Positions 1 to 7,709 are shown, counted from the stretch's first letter. The stretch is DNA of 25,184 nucleotides from Pseudomonadota bacterium (GCA_043821645.1 JBDRCO010000093.1:1-25184), one strand, 5' to 3'. Program-made: numbers and translations. The notes: a model not told the origin generated them from the letters alone.

Positions 1-1615
1 GCGGCGGAGGTGGAGGCGGTTCGCGACGTGCGGGTTCGGCGGCCGGGGCGGCGACCGGAACCGGGGCGGGCGGGGGAGCGGCCCGCGGTGGCGCAGGCGG
101 CGGAGCTTCGGGCGCGGGCGGCAGGCGCATGCCCGCAGGGAGCGGCTGGGCCACGGGAACGCCGGGTGCCGTGCTCTCGACGCCGGGCTGGGTCGAGGCA
201 CCCGTATCCTCGTCATCCAGATCGACATCGGCGTCGAAGGTATCCAGATCCTCATCCTCGTCGACAGGAGGCACGGGCGCGACGGGAGCCGCCTCCTGCG
301 GACGCTGCTTGACCGGGCGCGGGCCGGTCGCGGCGGGACGCACTGCCTGGTGCTGGATCTCGTCAAAAGCACCGAAGCCCTCGGTCTGCGGGCGCACCTG
401 GCCGTCGTCCGCGCGATCGCCGTAGGTGGCGCGCTGGGTGCGACCGCTGCGATGTTCGGTGGCCTTGGCCGCCCGCGCCACGGGGTTGGTCTCGTTGCCC
501 GTGTCCTCGCCCCACAGCTCCTTGTCGAGGGAACGCTGCTCGCGCAGCTCGTCGAGGTAGTCATCCACGTCGTCCGCCGAGACCTCACCCTGGGCCTTCC
601 ATTCCTTGGGGATGAGCGAGCCGTGACCGCTGCGCCGCTTGCGCTTCTTGGCCAGCTTGCGTTTTTCTTTGAGCCGTTCGTGCTTCACCTCGTCCTTGAC
701 CTGGACGTTGAGGTCAAGCACCAGCTCCTTGCCATCGCGCTCGGCGAGGTCCGCGAACAGCGCCTCGGTGGCCTTGTTCTTCTTCTTGGCCTGCTTTTGC
801 TCCTCGGTCTCTTCCTTGCGGGTCGATGCGCGCACGTCGAGGATCATGGCCTTGCCGTCGAGCTTCTCGAGCCTGTCGCTCAGACGCTCGCCCCGGGCCT
901 CGGTGGGTCCCACCTGGACCTTCTCCTCCTCGACCGTCTTCTCCTTGCGCCGGACCGTGGCCTTGACCTCGAGGATCAGGGCCTTGCCGTCCCTCTCGGC
1001 GAGGGCGTCGCCCAGATGCACGTCGTCTTCCTCGGGCTCGGTCCTCGCACCCGCGTGAACTTCGAGGATCAGATCCTTGCCCTCGCTCTGGGCCATGCGC
1101 TTGGCCAGGTCCTCCTTGGTGCTGAGCTTCTTTTCCCTGTCCTCGGGTCGCGGCCGTCGGGTCGGCTTGACGTCGAGCACCAGGGCCTGGCCATCGTGGG
1201 CGTCGAGGGTCTCGGCCATGTCCACGTGCTTCTGCGACGCTTCCTCGATGCGCTCCTCGCGGCTCTTGCGCTCGATCTTCTTGACCTCGCGCGTGGTCAC
1301 CGACTTGGGTGCCTCGTTCATGGCTCCCGAGCCACCCATGGCCATGACCATGCGATAGCGGGCCTCCTTGACCACCGAGGCCTCGTCGTCCGCGAAGGCC
1401 GCGGCCGCCGAGGGCGAGGGCCCCTGGGACCCACTGAGGCGGTCCGGATCCAGGACCTCGACCGGTGGGAACTGAACGCCGCTGACCTGGGCTGGGAGAA
1501 CAGAGGTGGCCACGCCGTTGGCCTGGGCCAGCCGCACCCCCAGCAAGGCGTCGCCATAGACCTTCATGGCCAGCGACGACCAGGTGTCCTTGGGGTGAAT
1601 CTGCGGGACCGCCAT
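1..1615 (-). CDS. LysM-like domain protein with five internal DGK-x-L-I-L-E-V repeats, basic/acidic tracts and Pro-rich region (3' end beyond window)
   Basis: Manual translation from the ATG at 1615 is open to the window edge (>530 codons), with GC3-biased codons. It is absent from the ORF track because the stop lies outside the window. N-terminus MAVPQIHPKDTWSSLAMKVYGDALLGVRLAQANG...VQFPP resembles LysM (DTLxxIAxxxYGDxxxxxxIAxAN). The + strand ORF 350..2635 is its antisense shadow. Confidence 0.85.
   Translation of the reverse strand, partial: MAVPQIHPKDTWSSLAMKVYGDALLGVRLAQANGVATSVLPAQVSGVQFPPVEVLDPDRLSGSQGPSPSAAAAFADDEASVVKEARYRMVMAMGGSGAMNEAPKSVTTREVKKIERKSREERIEEASQKHVDMAETLDAHDGQALVLDVKPTRRPRPEDREKKLSTKEDLAKRMAQSEGKDLILEVHAGARTEPEEDDVHLGDALAERDGKALILEVKATVRRKEKTVEEEKVQVGPTEARGERLSDRLEKLDGKAMILDVRASTRKEETEEQKQAKKKNKATEALFADLAERDGKELVLDLNVQVKDEVKHERLKEKRKLAKKRKRRSGHGSLIPKEWKAQGEVSADDVDDYLDELREQRSLDKELWGEDTGNETNPVARAAKATEHRSGRTQRATYGDRADDGQVRPQTEGFGAFDEIQHQAVRPAATGPRPVKQRPQEAAPVAPVPPVDEDEDLDTFDADVDLDDEDTGASTQPGVESTAPGVPVAQPLPAGMRLPPAPEAPPPAPPRAAPPPAPVPVAAPAAEPARREPPPPPP
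707..1220 (-). repeat. Five dispersed ~18-aa protein repeats within the LysM-like protein
   Basis: MAETLDAHDGQALVLDVK (~1166-1220), LAKRMAQSEGKDLILEVH (~1055-1110), LGDALAERDGKALILEVK (~962-1015), LSDRLEKLDGKAMILDVR (~830-885), LFADLAERDGKELVLDLN (~707-770), separated by charged linkers. Confidence 0.85.
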
Positions 1616-1711
1616 GCAGGAAATGCTAGCCGTAAAAACTCGCGCGGTCACCTCGCCGCACCGAGCACGACGCGTCCGCGACGGATGGGGACACTCCTCG
1701 ATGACGCGGAG

Positions 1712-2377
1712 TCAGGGCGCAGGCACAGCCAGCGAACAGCCGTTGCGCGTGAGCACCAGCACCAGGAACCCCACTGCGCCGAGCAGGAACAGGGCGGCGA
1801 ACACTCCACTCGCCCAGGACAGCTGTCGCTTCGCCTCCTCGGGATCTGTCTTGACCGCGAGCAGCGTCATGGCGACCGCGATCACCCTGTCGCGCATCAC
1901 GCGAGCCACCTCGTCGCCCGGGAGGGCCAGGCCACGGTGCTTGTAGATCAGGCCCACGGCCTCGATCTGGGAGCTGGCCACGGCGTGCTTCAACACCGCC
2001 TCGTGCTGCACCGGCGTGTCGCCCTCGCGCACCGCGTCGCGATAGCGGACCAGCAGGTCCTCGGGCATTCCGGACACTGCAACGACAGCCGCGATGCGGG
2101 GATCGTCCTCGGTCAGACGCGAGGGACTGGTGCTGTCATCGAACCCGGTGTCGTTCTCGGCGGCGGGGGGGGCCGGAGTGGGCGCCGTGACGCCGGATAC
2201 CACGCTGGCCTCGGTGCCAACGCCAGGGGCCTGTATCGCCTCGTACGGCGGGAAGCGGGTGGCGACCCCACAGGCACCACAGGTCAGCTCGACGCCGCTG
2301 GGGACGACGACAAGGGACCGTGCCGGCCCCGTCTCGTGACACACCGGGCAGCAGTATCCCACTCGGGCCTTGCTCAT
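1712..2377 (-). CDS. Hypothetical membrane protein with N-terminal zinc ribbon (CPVC...CGAC) and C-terminal transmembrane helix
   Basis: Start moved to the ATG at 2377 (MSKARVGYCCPVC), preceded by purine-rich GAGGAAGGGAGGGCAGGA. Two CxxC pairs, a Pro/Ala linker, a helical domain, then hydrophobic WASGVFAALFLLGAVGFLVLVLT. Confidence 0.8.
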   Translation of the reverse strand: MSKARVGYCCPVCHETGPARSLVVVPSGVELTCGACGVATRFPPYEAIQAPGVGTEASVVSGVTAPTPAPPAAENDTGFDDSTSPSRLTEDDPRIAAVVAVSGMPEDLLVRYRDAVREGDTPVQHEAVLKHAVASSQIEAVGLIYKHRGLALPGDEVARVMRDRVIAVAMTLLAVKTDPEEAKRQLSWASGVFAALFLLGAVGFLVLVLTRNGCSLAVPAP

Positions 2378-2465
2378 CGCGTCCTGCCCTCCCTTCCTCT
2401 CCTCGCCCGCGGGCTCGTGATACAGCGCGGATCCGCAACCCTGTCGCGGCCACGGAACAGAGGCC

Positions 2466-3491
2466 TCAGCCGGGCTGTATCGCATCAATCTTGTAGCGCT
2501 CGGGAACCTCGGCCTCATGCCAGGGGTCGGGCACCAGCGTCGCCACGAAGAGCACCGTGCACAGCACCGCGATCACCGTGCGGCGGAGCCCCAATGGCCG
2601 CGCGTCGACGACGGGGGGATGGGTATAGCCGATGAAGCGTCCCATCACCGCCATCAGCACGGTGAGCACCAGCCAGAAGGCGTTCCAGGTCAGCACGAAC
2701 ATCAACGGCAGATAGATGAACACGGCCAGGGACAGCCACACCGCGCGCCGGCCAAGCAGTGCCGTGGCCACGTGCCCACCGTCGAACTGGCTGAAGGGCT
2801 GCAAGTTGAACCAGGTCAGATACAGCCCCACCCAGCCGGCCCAGGCCGTGGGATGAATCCACACGTCGGCGCCGGACTCGAGCGAGCCGTGCACCAGCCA
2901 GCGCGCCAGGGCATAGGCCAGGCTGTCACCCTCGACCACCACACCGCCGAGAGCCGACAGCGCGGCCAGATCCGCGGGGCCCTTGACCTCGGAGCGCGCG
3001 AAGCCCAGGAGGAGCACGCCAAAGGCCACCACGAAGCCCACCAGGGGGCCCGAGGCGCCGATGTCGAGCAGCGCGCGGCGATCGTGCGACGACGCGCGCA
3101 TGCTGATGACGGCGCCCATGGTACCCAGGCCCATGGGCATCGGAATGAAGAAGGGCAGGCTGGCAGGCACGCGATACACCCGCGCGGTCAGGTAGTGTCC
3201 CATCTCGTGGGTCAGCAGGATGGCCAGCAGGGGCAGCGAGAAGCCCAGGCCGTCGACGAGCAGCACCGGATCCGCCGCCACCTGGCGCAGCACGAGGCCA
3301 GGCAGCAGGTAGGGCGCCTCGCGCGCGACATCGAGCAGCGAGAAGGGGATGGCGTGGGCGATGCCCACCCCGGCCAGCGTCGTGGTGACGGCCGTGAGTG
3401 CGAGCAGAAGCGCCTGCAGGCGCCACGGATGCGGCGCGGGCCATTGGGGGGGCAGTGGCGACGAAGGTTCGTCCAGATGCGCGTCGGCCAC
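2466..3491 (-). CDS. Site-2 protease family intramembrane zinc metalloprotease (peptidase M50)
   Basis: HEMGH zinc motif inside a hydrophobic segment, PFFIPMP and GPLVGF segments, NLQPFSQFDGGH (NxxPxxxxDG third ligand), multiple TM helices. The GTG start is 2 nt after the upstream stop. Confidence 0.93.
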   Translation of the reverse strand: MADAHLDEPSSPLPPQWPAPHPWRLQALLLALTAVTTTLAGVGIAHAIPFSLLDVAREAPYLLPGLVLRQVAADPVLLVDGLGFSLPLLAILLTHEMGHYLTARVYRVPASLPFFIPMPMGLGTMGAVISMRASSHDRRALLDIGASGPLVGFVVAFGVLLLGFARSEVKGPADLAALSALGGVVVEGDSLAYALARWLVHGSLESGADVWIHPTAWAGWVGLYLTWFNLQPFSQFDGGHVATALLGRRAVWLSLAVFIYLPLMFVLTWNAFWLVLTVLMAVMGRFIGYTHPPVVDARPLGLRRTVIAVLCTVLFVATLVPDPWHEAEVPERYKIDAIQPG

Positions 3492-3493
3492 GG

Positions 3494-5548
3494 TCAGCCC
3501 TCGGGCTTCTTGTCCACGTCGGCGACCTCGATCACATCCTTGGCGATGGTGAACACGGTCAAGGGGGTGACCGAGTCGCCCTTGTCGTCGAAGCGGGTGA
3601 GGCCGGTGACACCAGGGAAGTCGCGCACCTGGGCCAGGCGCTCGCGCATCTCGGCGCGGGTCCTGGGTGCGGGCTGTGCGCCACCGCGCACGATGGCAGC
3701 GATCAGCTTGCCACCGTCGTAGGCCTGCGCCTCGATGATGGTGGGCTTGCTGCCCAGGGCCTGGGTGAAGGCCGCAACAAAACCCTGCACCTGAACCTCA
3801 CTCGACGTCGGGTTGAAGCCGTCGACGAACAACGCCCCGAGCATGTGCTTGCCGCCGCGCTCGATCAGGGTCGGGTCGTTCCAGCCGTTGGCGCCGAGCA
3901 GCTGCACGGGCTTGGCGCTGCGATTGCCCGTGGTCTTGCGGTAGTCCTCGATCGCACTCTTGTCGTTGGTGGTCAGCACGTCCTCGAAGGCCAGGGTCGG
4001 TGCGATCAGACCCACGGCGCGGCTGTCGTCGGGAATCAGCAGGGCATCGAAGTCCACCACCGGCGACAGGTCGGTCTGGCAGCGCTCCAGGGCCTTGCGC
4101 CTGGCATAGCTGGTGCTCAGACCCCGCGCCCTGGCCGCGCAGTTGAGGTACTCGCCGCGCGCGTGTAGCGGTGCGCGTCCCACCAGGCGCTTGATCGGCG
4201 CCACGAAGGTGGTCTCGTCGTGATCGTAGGCTTCGGCGGCCACCACGTAGCCGTGACGACGATCCACCTCGTCCCAGAAGGCGTTCATCAGTTCCATGCC
4301 GTAGGCGTGGCGAGGGTACAGGATGGCGAAGCGGGTCATGCCCAGCTTGCCCATGGCGAGATCCACTAAAGCCAGCGCTTGCTTGGTGTTGGTCAGGCCA
4401 TAGCGAAACACGTAGGGGCCAAGCCCCGCCAGGTCCTCGCGCCGGGAGAAGGACAGCAGCGGCACACCCAGCTCGTCGGCCTTGAGCGCGGCAGCGTGCG
4501 AGGTGTTCTGCAGGATGGCGCCCAAGATGACGGCCGCGTGATCGTTGAGCGTGAGTTCCTCGACGGCCTGCGCCGCCTTCTCGGGCTTGCCCTCGCTGTC
4601 CTTGATCACCAGGGTGAGCCCGCCCTTGCTCTGTCCCTCGAGCACCTCGGCGCCAGCCTGGATGGCCCACAGCGCGCGCTTGCCGTAGATCTCGTACTTC
4701 CCGCTCAGGGGCAGGACCACCCCCACCACCGTCGGGTTGACCGTGAGCCGGGCGCGCAGCTTGTCTGCCTGGGCCCTGGCAGGGTCGACGAAACGGCCGC
4801 GCGGATGCAGCTTGAGATAGCGCTCGAGGGCCTGGCTGCACTGGTCGTAGTCGCGCAGGTGGCAGTAAACACGCGCCAGCTTGTACTGCACCAGCTCGCC
4901 GACGGGAGAGGAGGCATCGACCTGCTCCCCCAGCAGGCGGATCTCCTTGAAACCCAAACTCGAGTCGATGAGCACGAAGAGCCGGGACTGGATGCGCTCG
5001 CGCTCGGCGTCGTCGCGCGCCCTGGCGAGGGCCTTGAGGTACCATTCCGCAGCCTGCGCGCCCTGCCCGCCCTGCTCCAGGGTCTCGGCCAGGGTCAAGG
5101 CCACCTTCTGCTTCTCGTCCTCGTCGCGGATCTCCTCGTAGGCCACGCGCAGGGGCGCCACCGCATCCTCGGGCCGTCCGCGCTCGACGTCGATGCGTGC
5201 GAGCTCGAGGCGCGCCCTGGAGGCAAACTCGCTTTGCGGGTGTTCGAACAGCAGCCGCGCGAAGGCATCCCGCGCACGCTCGGGCTCCTTCTGCTGCAGG
5301 GCCAGGTCCCCCAGCGCCGCCAGGGCGTCATCGGCCAGATCGCTGTCCTTGAACTGCAGCATGAAGGCGTCGAGCTTGGCCAGGGCCTCGTCGGTACGAC
5401 CCGCCTGCTGGCTCTGCTGGGCGTCGTCGTAGGCCGCCCGGGCAGCATCCTCGTAGTCCACGGCCACGCCATTGATCACCACGCGGCGGGGGCACCCACA
5501 GAGCTGCAGGGTGAGCAGGATCAGGGTCAACAGGGTCTTGACTGTCAA
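3494..5548 (-). CDS. Lipoprotein with TPR (BamD/YfiO-like) repeats and a C-terminal type-1 periplasmic-binding fold; penicillin-binding protein activator LpoA/LppC-like
   Basis: Probable TTG start at 5548 after AAGGAG. Signal peptide with lipobox LCGC, helical TPR repeats (ADDALAALG, ARLELA), then VGVVLPLSGKY, ILYPRHAYG, FDALLIPD and FPGVTGLTRFD, typical of LppC/PBP1 fold. Confidence 0.85.
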   Translation of the reverse strand: MTVKTLLTLILLTLQLCGCPRRVVINGVAVDYEDAARAAYDDAQQSQQAGRTDEALAKLDAFMLQFKDSDLADDALAALGDLALQQKEPERARDAFARLLFEHPQSEFASRARLELARIDVERGRPEDAVAPLRVAYEEIRDEDEKQKVALTLAETLEQGGQGAQAAEWYLKALARARDDAERERIQSRLFVLIDSSLGFKEIRLLGEQVDASSPVGELVQYKLARVYCHLRDYDQCSQALERYLKLHPRGRFVDPARAQADKLRARLTVNPTVVGVVLPLSGKYEIYGKRALWAIQAGAEVLEGQSKGGLTLVIKDSEGKPEKAAQAVEELTLNDHAAVILGAILQNTSHAAALKADELGVPLLSFSRREDLAGLGPYVFRYGLTNTKQALALVDLAMGKLGMTRFAILYPRHAYGMELMNAFWDEVDRRHGYVVAAEAYDHDETTFVAPIKRLVGRAPLHARGEYLNCAARARGLSTSYARRKALERCQTDLSPVVDFDALLIPDDSRAVGLIAPTLAFEDVLTTNDKSAIEDYRKTTGNRSAKPVQLLGANGWNDPTLIERGGKHMLGALFVDGFNPTSSEVQVQGFVAAFTQALGSKPTIIEAQAYDGGKLIAAIVRGGAQPAPRTRAEMRERLAQVRDFPGVTGLTRFDDKGDSVTPLTVFTIAKDVIEVADVDKKPEG

Positions 5549-5824
5549 GGTGGCCTCGCTCCTTGTGGCGCTCGACGGGCGATGCACGCCATGCGCCCGT
5601 CCTCGACGCGTCGCGTCCACGGCTCCTGGCCCGGCGGCACGGCGCGGACAGAGCCCGGACCTCCCGCTCCTCGTCGACGGCGGGGAGTTTTACAAAGGGG
5701 TCTTGTGAAGTCAAACCAGCGCCGGCCTGGATCGGCGAACCGAGGCGCCGGGGTTTGATTTTTCTCCCTGTTCACAGCAAGGTTCCCCGGTCCGGAATCC
5801 TGTCATCCGATCCGGGGGCTGCGC

Positions 5825-7189
5825 ATGGGCGAACGAGGACAGTGGGGGTCAAGGCTTGGCTTCGTGCTGGCGGCGGCGGGCTCTGCCATCGGCCTCGGCA
5901 ACATCTGGAAGTTTCCGTACATCACGGGCGTCAACGGCGGCGGGCTGTTCGTCCTGATCTACCTGGTGTGCATCACCGGCGTGGGCCTGCCCATCATGAT
6001 GGCCGAGATCCTGATCGGCCGCACCGCCCAGCGCTCGCCCGTGGGTGCCTTTCGCCTGCTGTCACGCCCGGGCAGCCCCTGGGTCGGCGTGGGCTGGCTC
6101 GGCTTCGCCGCGGCCTTCGTGATCCTGTCCTACTACAGCGTGGTGGCGGGCTGGGCCCTGCACTACAGCTGGCTCTCGCTCTCCGGCGGCATCGCCGGCC
6201 ACTCGGTCGAGGAGCTCAAGCCCCTGTTCGGTCAGATCTATCAAGACACCGGGCTCAACCTGTTCTGGCACGTGGTGTTCATGGCCCTGACCGTGGGCAT
6301 TGTCATCGGCGGTGTGCGCGGTGGCGTCGAGCGCGCCGCGCGCGTGCTCATGCCCGTGCTGTTCGTGATGATGCTGGCGCTGCTGGTCTACGCCATGACC
6401 CTGGACGGCTTCGGCCAGGGCCTGCGCTTCGTGTTCGCGCCGCATCGCGAATCCCTGTCCAGCGCCGGTGTGCTCGAGGCCCTGGGCCACAGCTTCTTCA
6501 CCCTGAGTCTGGGCATGGGCGCCATGCTCACCTATGGCTCCTACCTGTCGCCGCGGGAGAGCGTGGTCGCCACCTCGGCGGCGGTGACCCTCCTCGACAC
6601 GTTCATCGCGCTCATGGCCTGCCTGATCCTGTTCCCCATCACCTTCAGCTTCGGCATGGAGCCTGCCGCGGGCCCCGGCCTGGTGTTCACCAACATTCCC
6701 ATCGCCCTGTCCCAGGTCCCCGCGGGCGCGGTGTGGTCGACGGTCTTCTTCCTGCTGCTGGTGTTCGCCGCGCTGACCAGCGCCATCTCCCTGCTCGAGG
6801 TGGCCGCGGCCTACTTCATCGACGAGCGCGGCTGGAGCCGGCGCCGCGCCGTGCTGCTATGTGGTGCGGCCATCACCGTTTTCGGCATCCCCTCGGCCCT
6901 GTCCGGCGGCACAGCGCTGTTCGGCAGCGGCGTGCAGGCGCTCACCGGTCGCAACTGGTTCGACACTTTCGACTACCTGGCCAGCAACTGGATGCTGCCC
7001 CTGGGTGGCCTGGGCATCGCGCTCTTCGTATCCTGGCGCGTGGGCGATGCCGCGCGCCGCGAGGCCCTGGCCCAGGGCTCGACACTGGGCGTGCTCAAGG
7101 GCTTCTACCTGACCTGGCTGTCGCTGCTGCGCTACGTGGTGCCCGTGGCCATCGTGGCCATCGTGCTGCACGCGATAGGTGTGCTCTAG
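5825..7189 (+). CDS. Sodium-dependent transporter, neurotransmitter:sodium symporter (NSS/SNF, LeuT/MhsT-like) family
   Basis: RGQWGSRLGFVLAAAGSAIGLGNIWKFPY (TM1), LSYYSVVAGW (TM3), FFTLSLGMGAMLTYGSY (TM6), GPGLVF and FAALTSAISLLE (TM8). Confidence 0.96.
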   Translation: MGERGQWGSRLGFVLAAAGSAIGLGNIWKFPYITGVNGGGLFVLIYLVCITGVGLPIMMAEILIGRTAQRSPVGAFRLLSRPGSPWVGVGWLGFAAAFVILSYYSVVAGWALHYSWLSLSGGIAGHSVEELKPLFGQIYQDTGLNLFWHVVFMALTVGIVIGGVRGGVERAARVLMPVLFVMMLALLVYAMTLDGFGQGLRFVFAPHRESLSSAGVLEALGHSFFTLSLGMGAMLTYGSYLSPRESVVATSAAVTLLDTFIALMACLILFPITFSFGMEPAAGPGLVFTNIPIALSQVPAGAVWSTVFFLLLVFAALTSAISLLEVAAAYFIDERGWSRRRAVLLCGAAITVFGIPSALSGGTALFGSGVQALTGRNWFDTFDYLASNWMLPLGGLGIALFVSWRVGDAARREALAQGSTLGVLKGFYLTWLSLLRYVVPVAIVAIVLHAIGVL

Positions 7190-7190
7190 C

Positions 7191-7322
7191 CCAATTTCGC
7201 GCTCAACAGATCGGATTGTGTGGGGCGCAGGGGCAAGGATTTTTTTCGCAGCTTGCGAGAACAAAAAGACTTGCCCCGTCGCGGGGGCCCCACACCACGG
7301 AATCAAAGAGCGGCGGAATTGG
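7191..7322. other. Long imperfect inverted repeat (rod-like hairpin, ~132 nt)
   Basis: Nested complementary blocks: CCAATTTCGC(7191-7200)/GCGGAATTGG(7313-7322), GCTC/GAGC, GTGTGGGGC(7218-7226)/GCCCCACAC(7287-7295), GGGGCAAG(7230-7237)/CTTGCCCC(7270-7277), and TTTTTTCGCA/TGCGAGAACAAAAA around a GCT loop. Confidence 0.75.
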
Positions 7323-7340
7323 CCTCACCCGCACCTCTGA

Positions 7341-7516
7341 AGCGAGCCGACCGGAGCTTCTCTCGACGACGAGTGCATGCGGCGCCGGGACCCGGCGGCG
7401 GCGCAGACGCCAGCCGGGTGGGCCGATTGCGGTGAGGAGGAGAGGGGAGCGCAGGAAGGCGAGCGCCCCGGAGATCCCGTCGCAGCAAGCCAACCGGAGC
7501 TTCTCTCGACGACGAG
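7341..7516. repeat. Pair of 33-nt direct repeats (31/33 identical, 24-nt perfect core) 143 nt apart
   Basis: AGCGAGCCGACCGGAGCTTCTCTCGACGACGAG (7341-7373) and AGCAAGCCAACCGGAGCTTCTCTCGACGACGAG (7484-7516). Each ends in the mini-hairpin CTCG-ACGA-CGAG. Confidence 0.9.
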
Positions 7517-7544
7517 GACCTGAAGCCGCTGGCCGCTGCCGTGC

Positions 7545-7709
7545 TCAGCGCGTCACGGAATCATCGCCAGCCCGCGCCTGCTCGACCAGCGCGTTGAGCT
7601 CGTCGTACAGCGCGTTGAGCTTGCGAATGCTGCGGATCAGGTGGCGCGGTGCCACCTCGGGGATGTCGGACGTCGACGGGGTCGAAGCCTCTGGGGTGAA
7701 GGGCAGCAT
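7545..7709 (-). CDS. Small hypothetical protein (54 aa) with amphipathic/coiled-coil helix
   Basis: Strong RBS (CAGGAGGACCC-ATG) at 7709. GC3-biased codons. LIRSIRKLNALYDELNALVEQA shows a heptad pattern. Confidence 0.6.
   Translation of the reverse strand: MLPFTPEASTPSTSDIPEVAPRHLIRSIRKLNALYDELNALVEQARAGDDSVTR

Noticed and set aside
1460..1605. Contractile injection system or prophage locus suggested by the LysM flavour
   Set aside because: No sheath, tube, baseplate, VgrG or other phage genes are present in the window.
350..2635. 761-aa + strand ORF
   Set aside because: Antisense shadow of two minus-strand genes. Its L/V/G/H-rich composition is typical of the reverse frame of GC3-biased genes.
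6480..6500. His in place of the conserved TM6 Gln (LeuT Q250) of the NSS transporter
   Set aside because: From memory, the LGH.FF variant is common in bacterial NSS proteins, so it is not evidence of novelty.
7191..7322. SRP RNA, 6S RNA or simple intrinsic terminator call for the long hairpin
   Set aside because: No SRP GNRA-loop/domain IV motif, no clear large central bubble as in 6S, and no U-tract following the stem. Left unassigned.
7341..7516. Possible mini-CRISPR array
   Set aside because: Only two repeat copies, a 110-nt spacer and no cas genes in the window. Kept only as a direct repeat.
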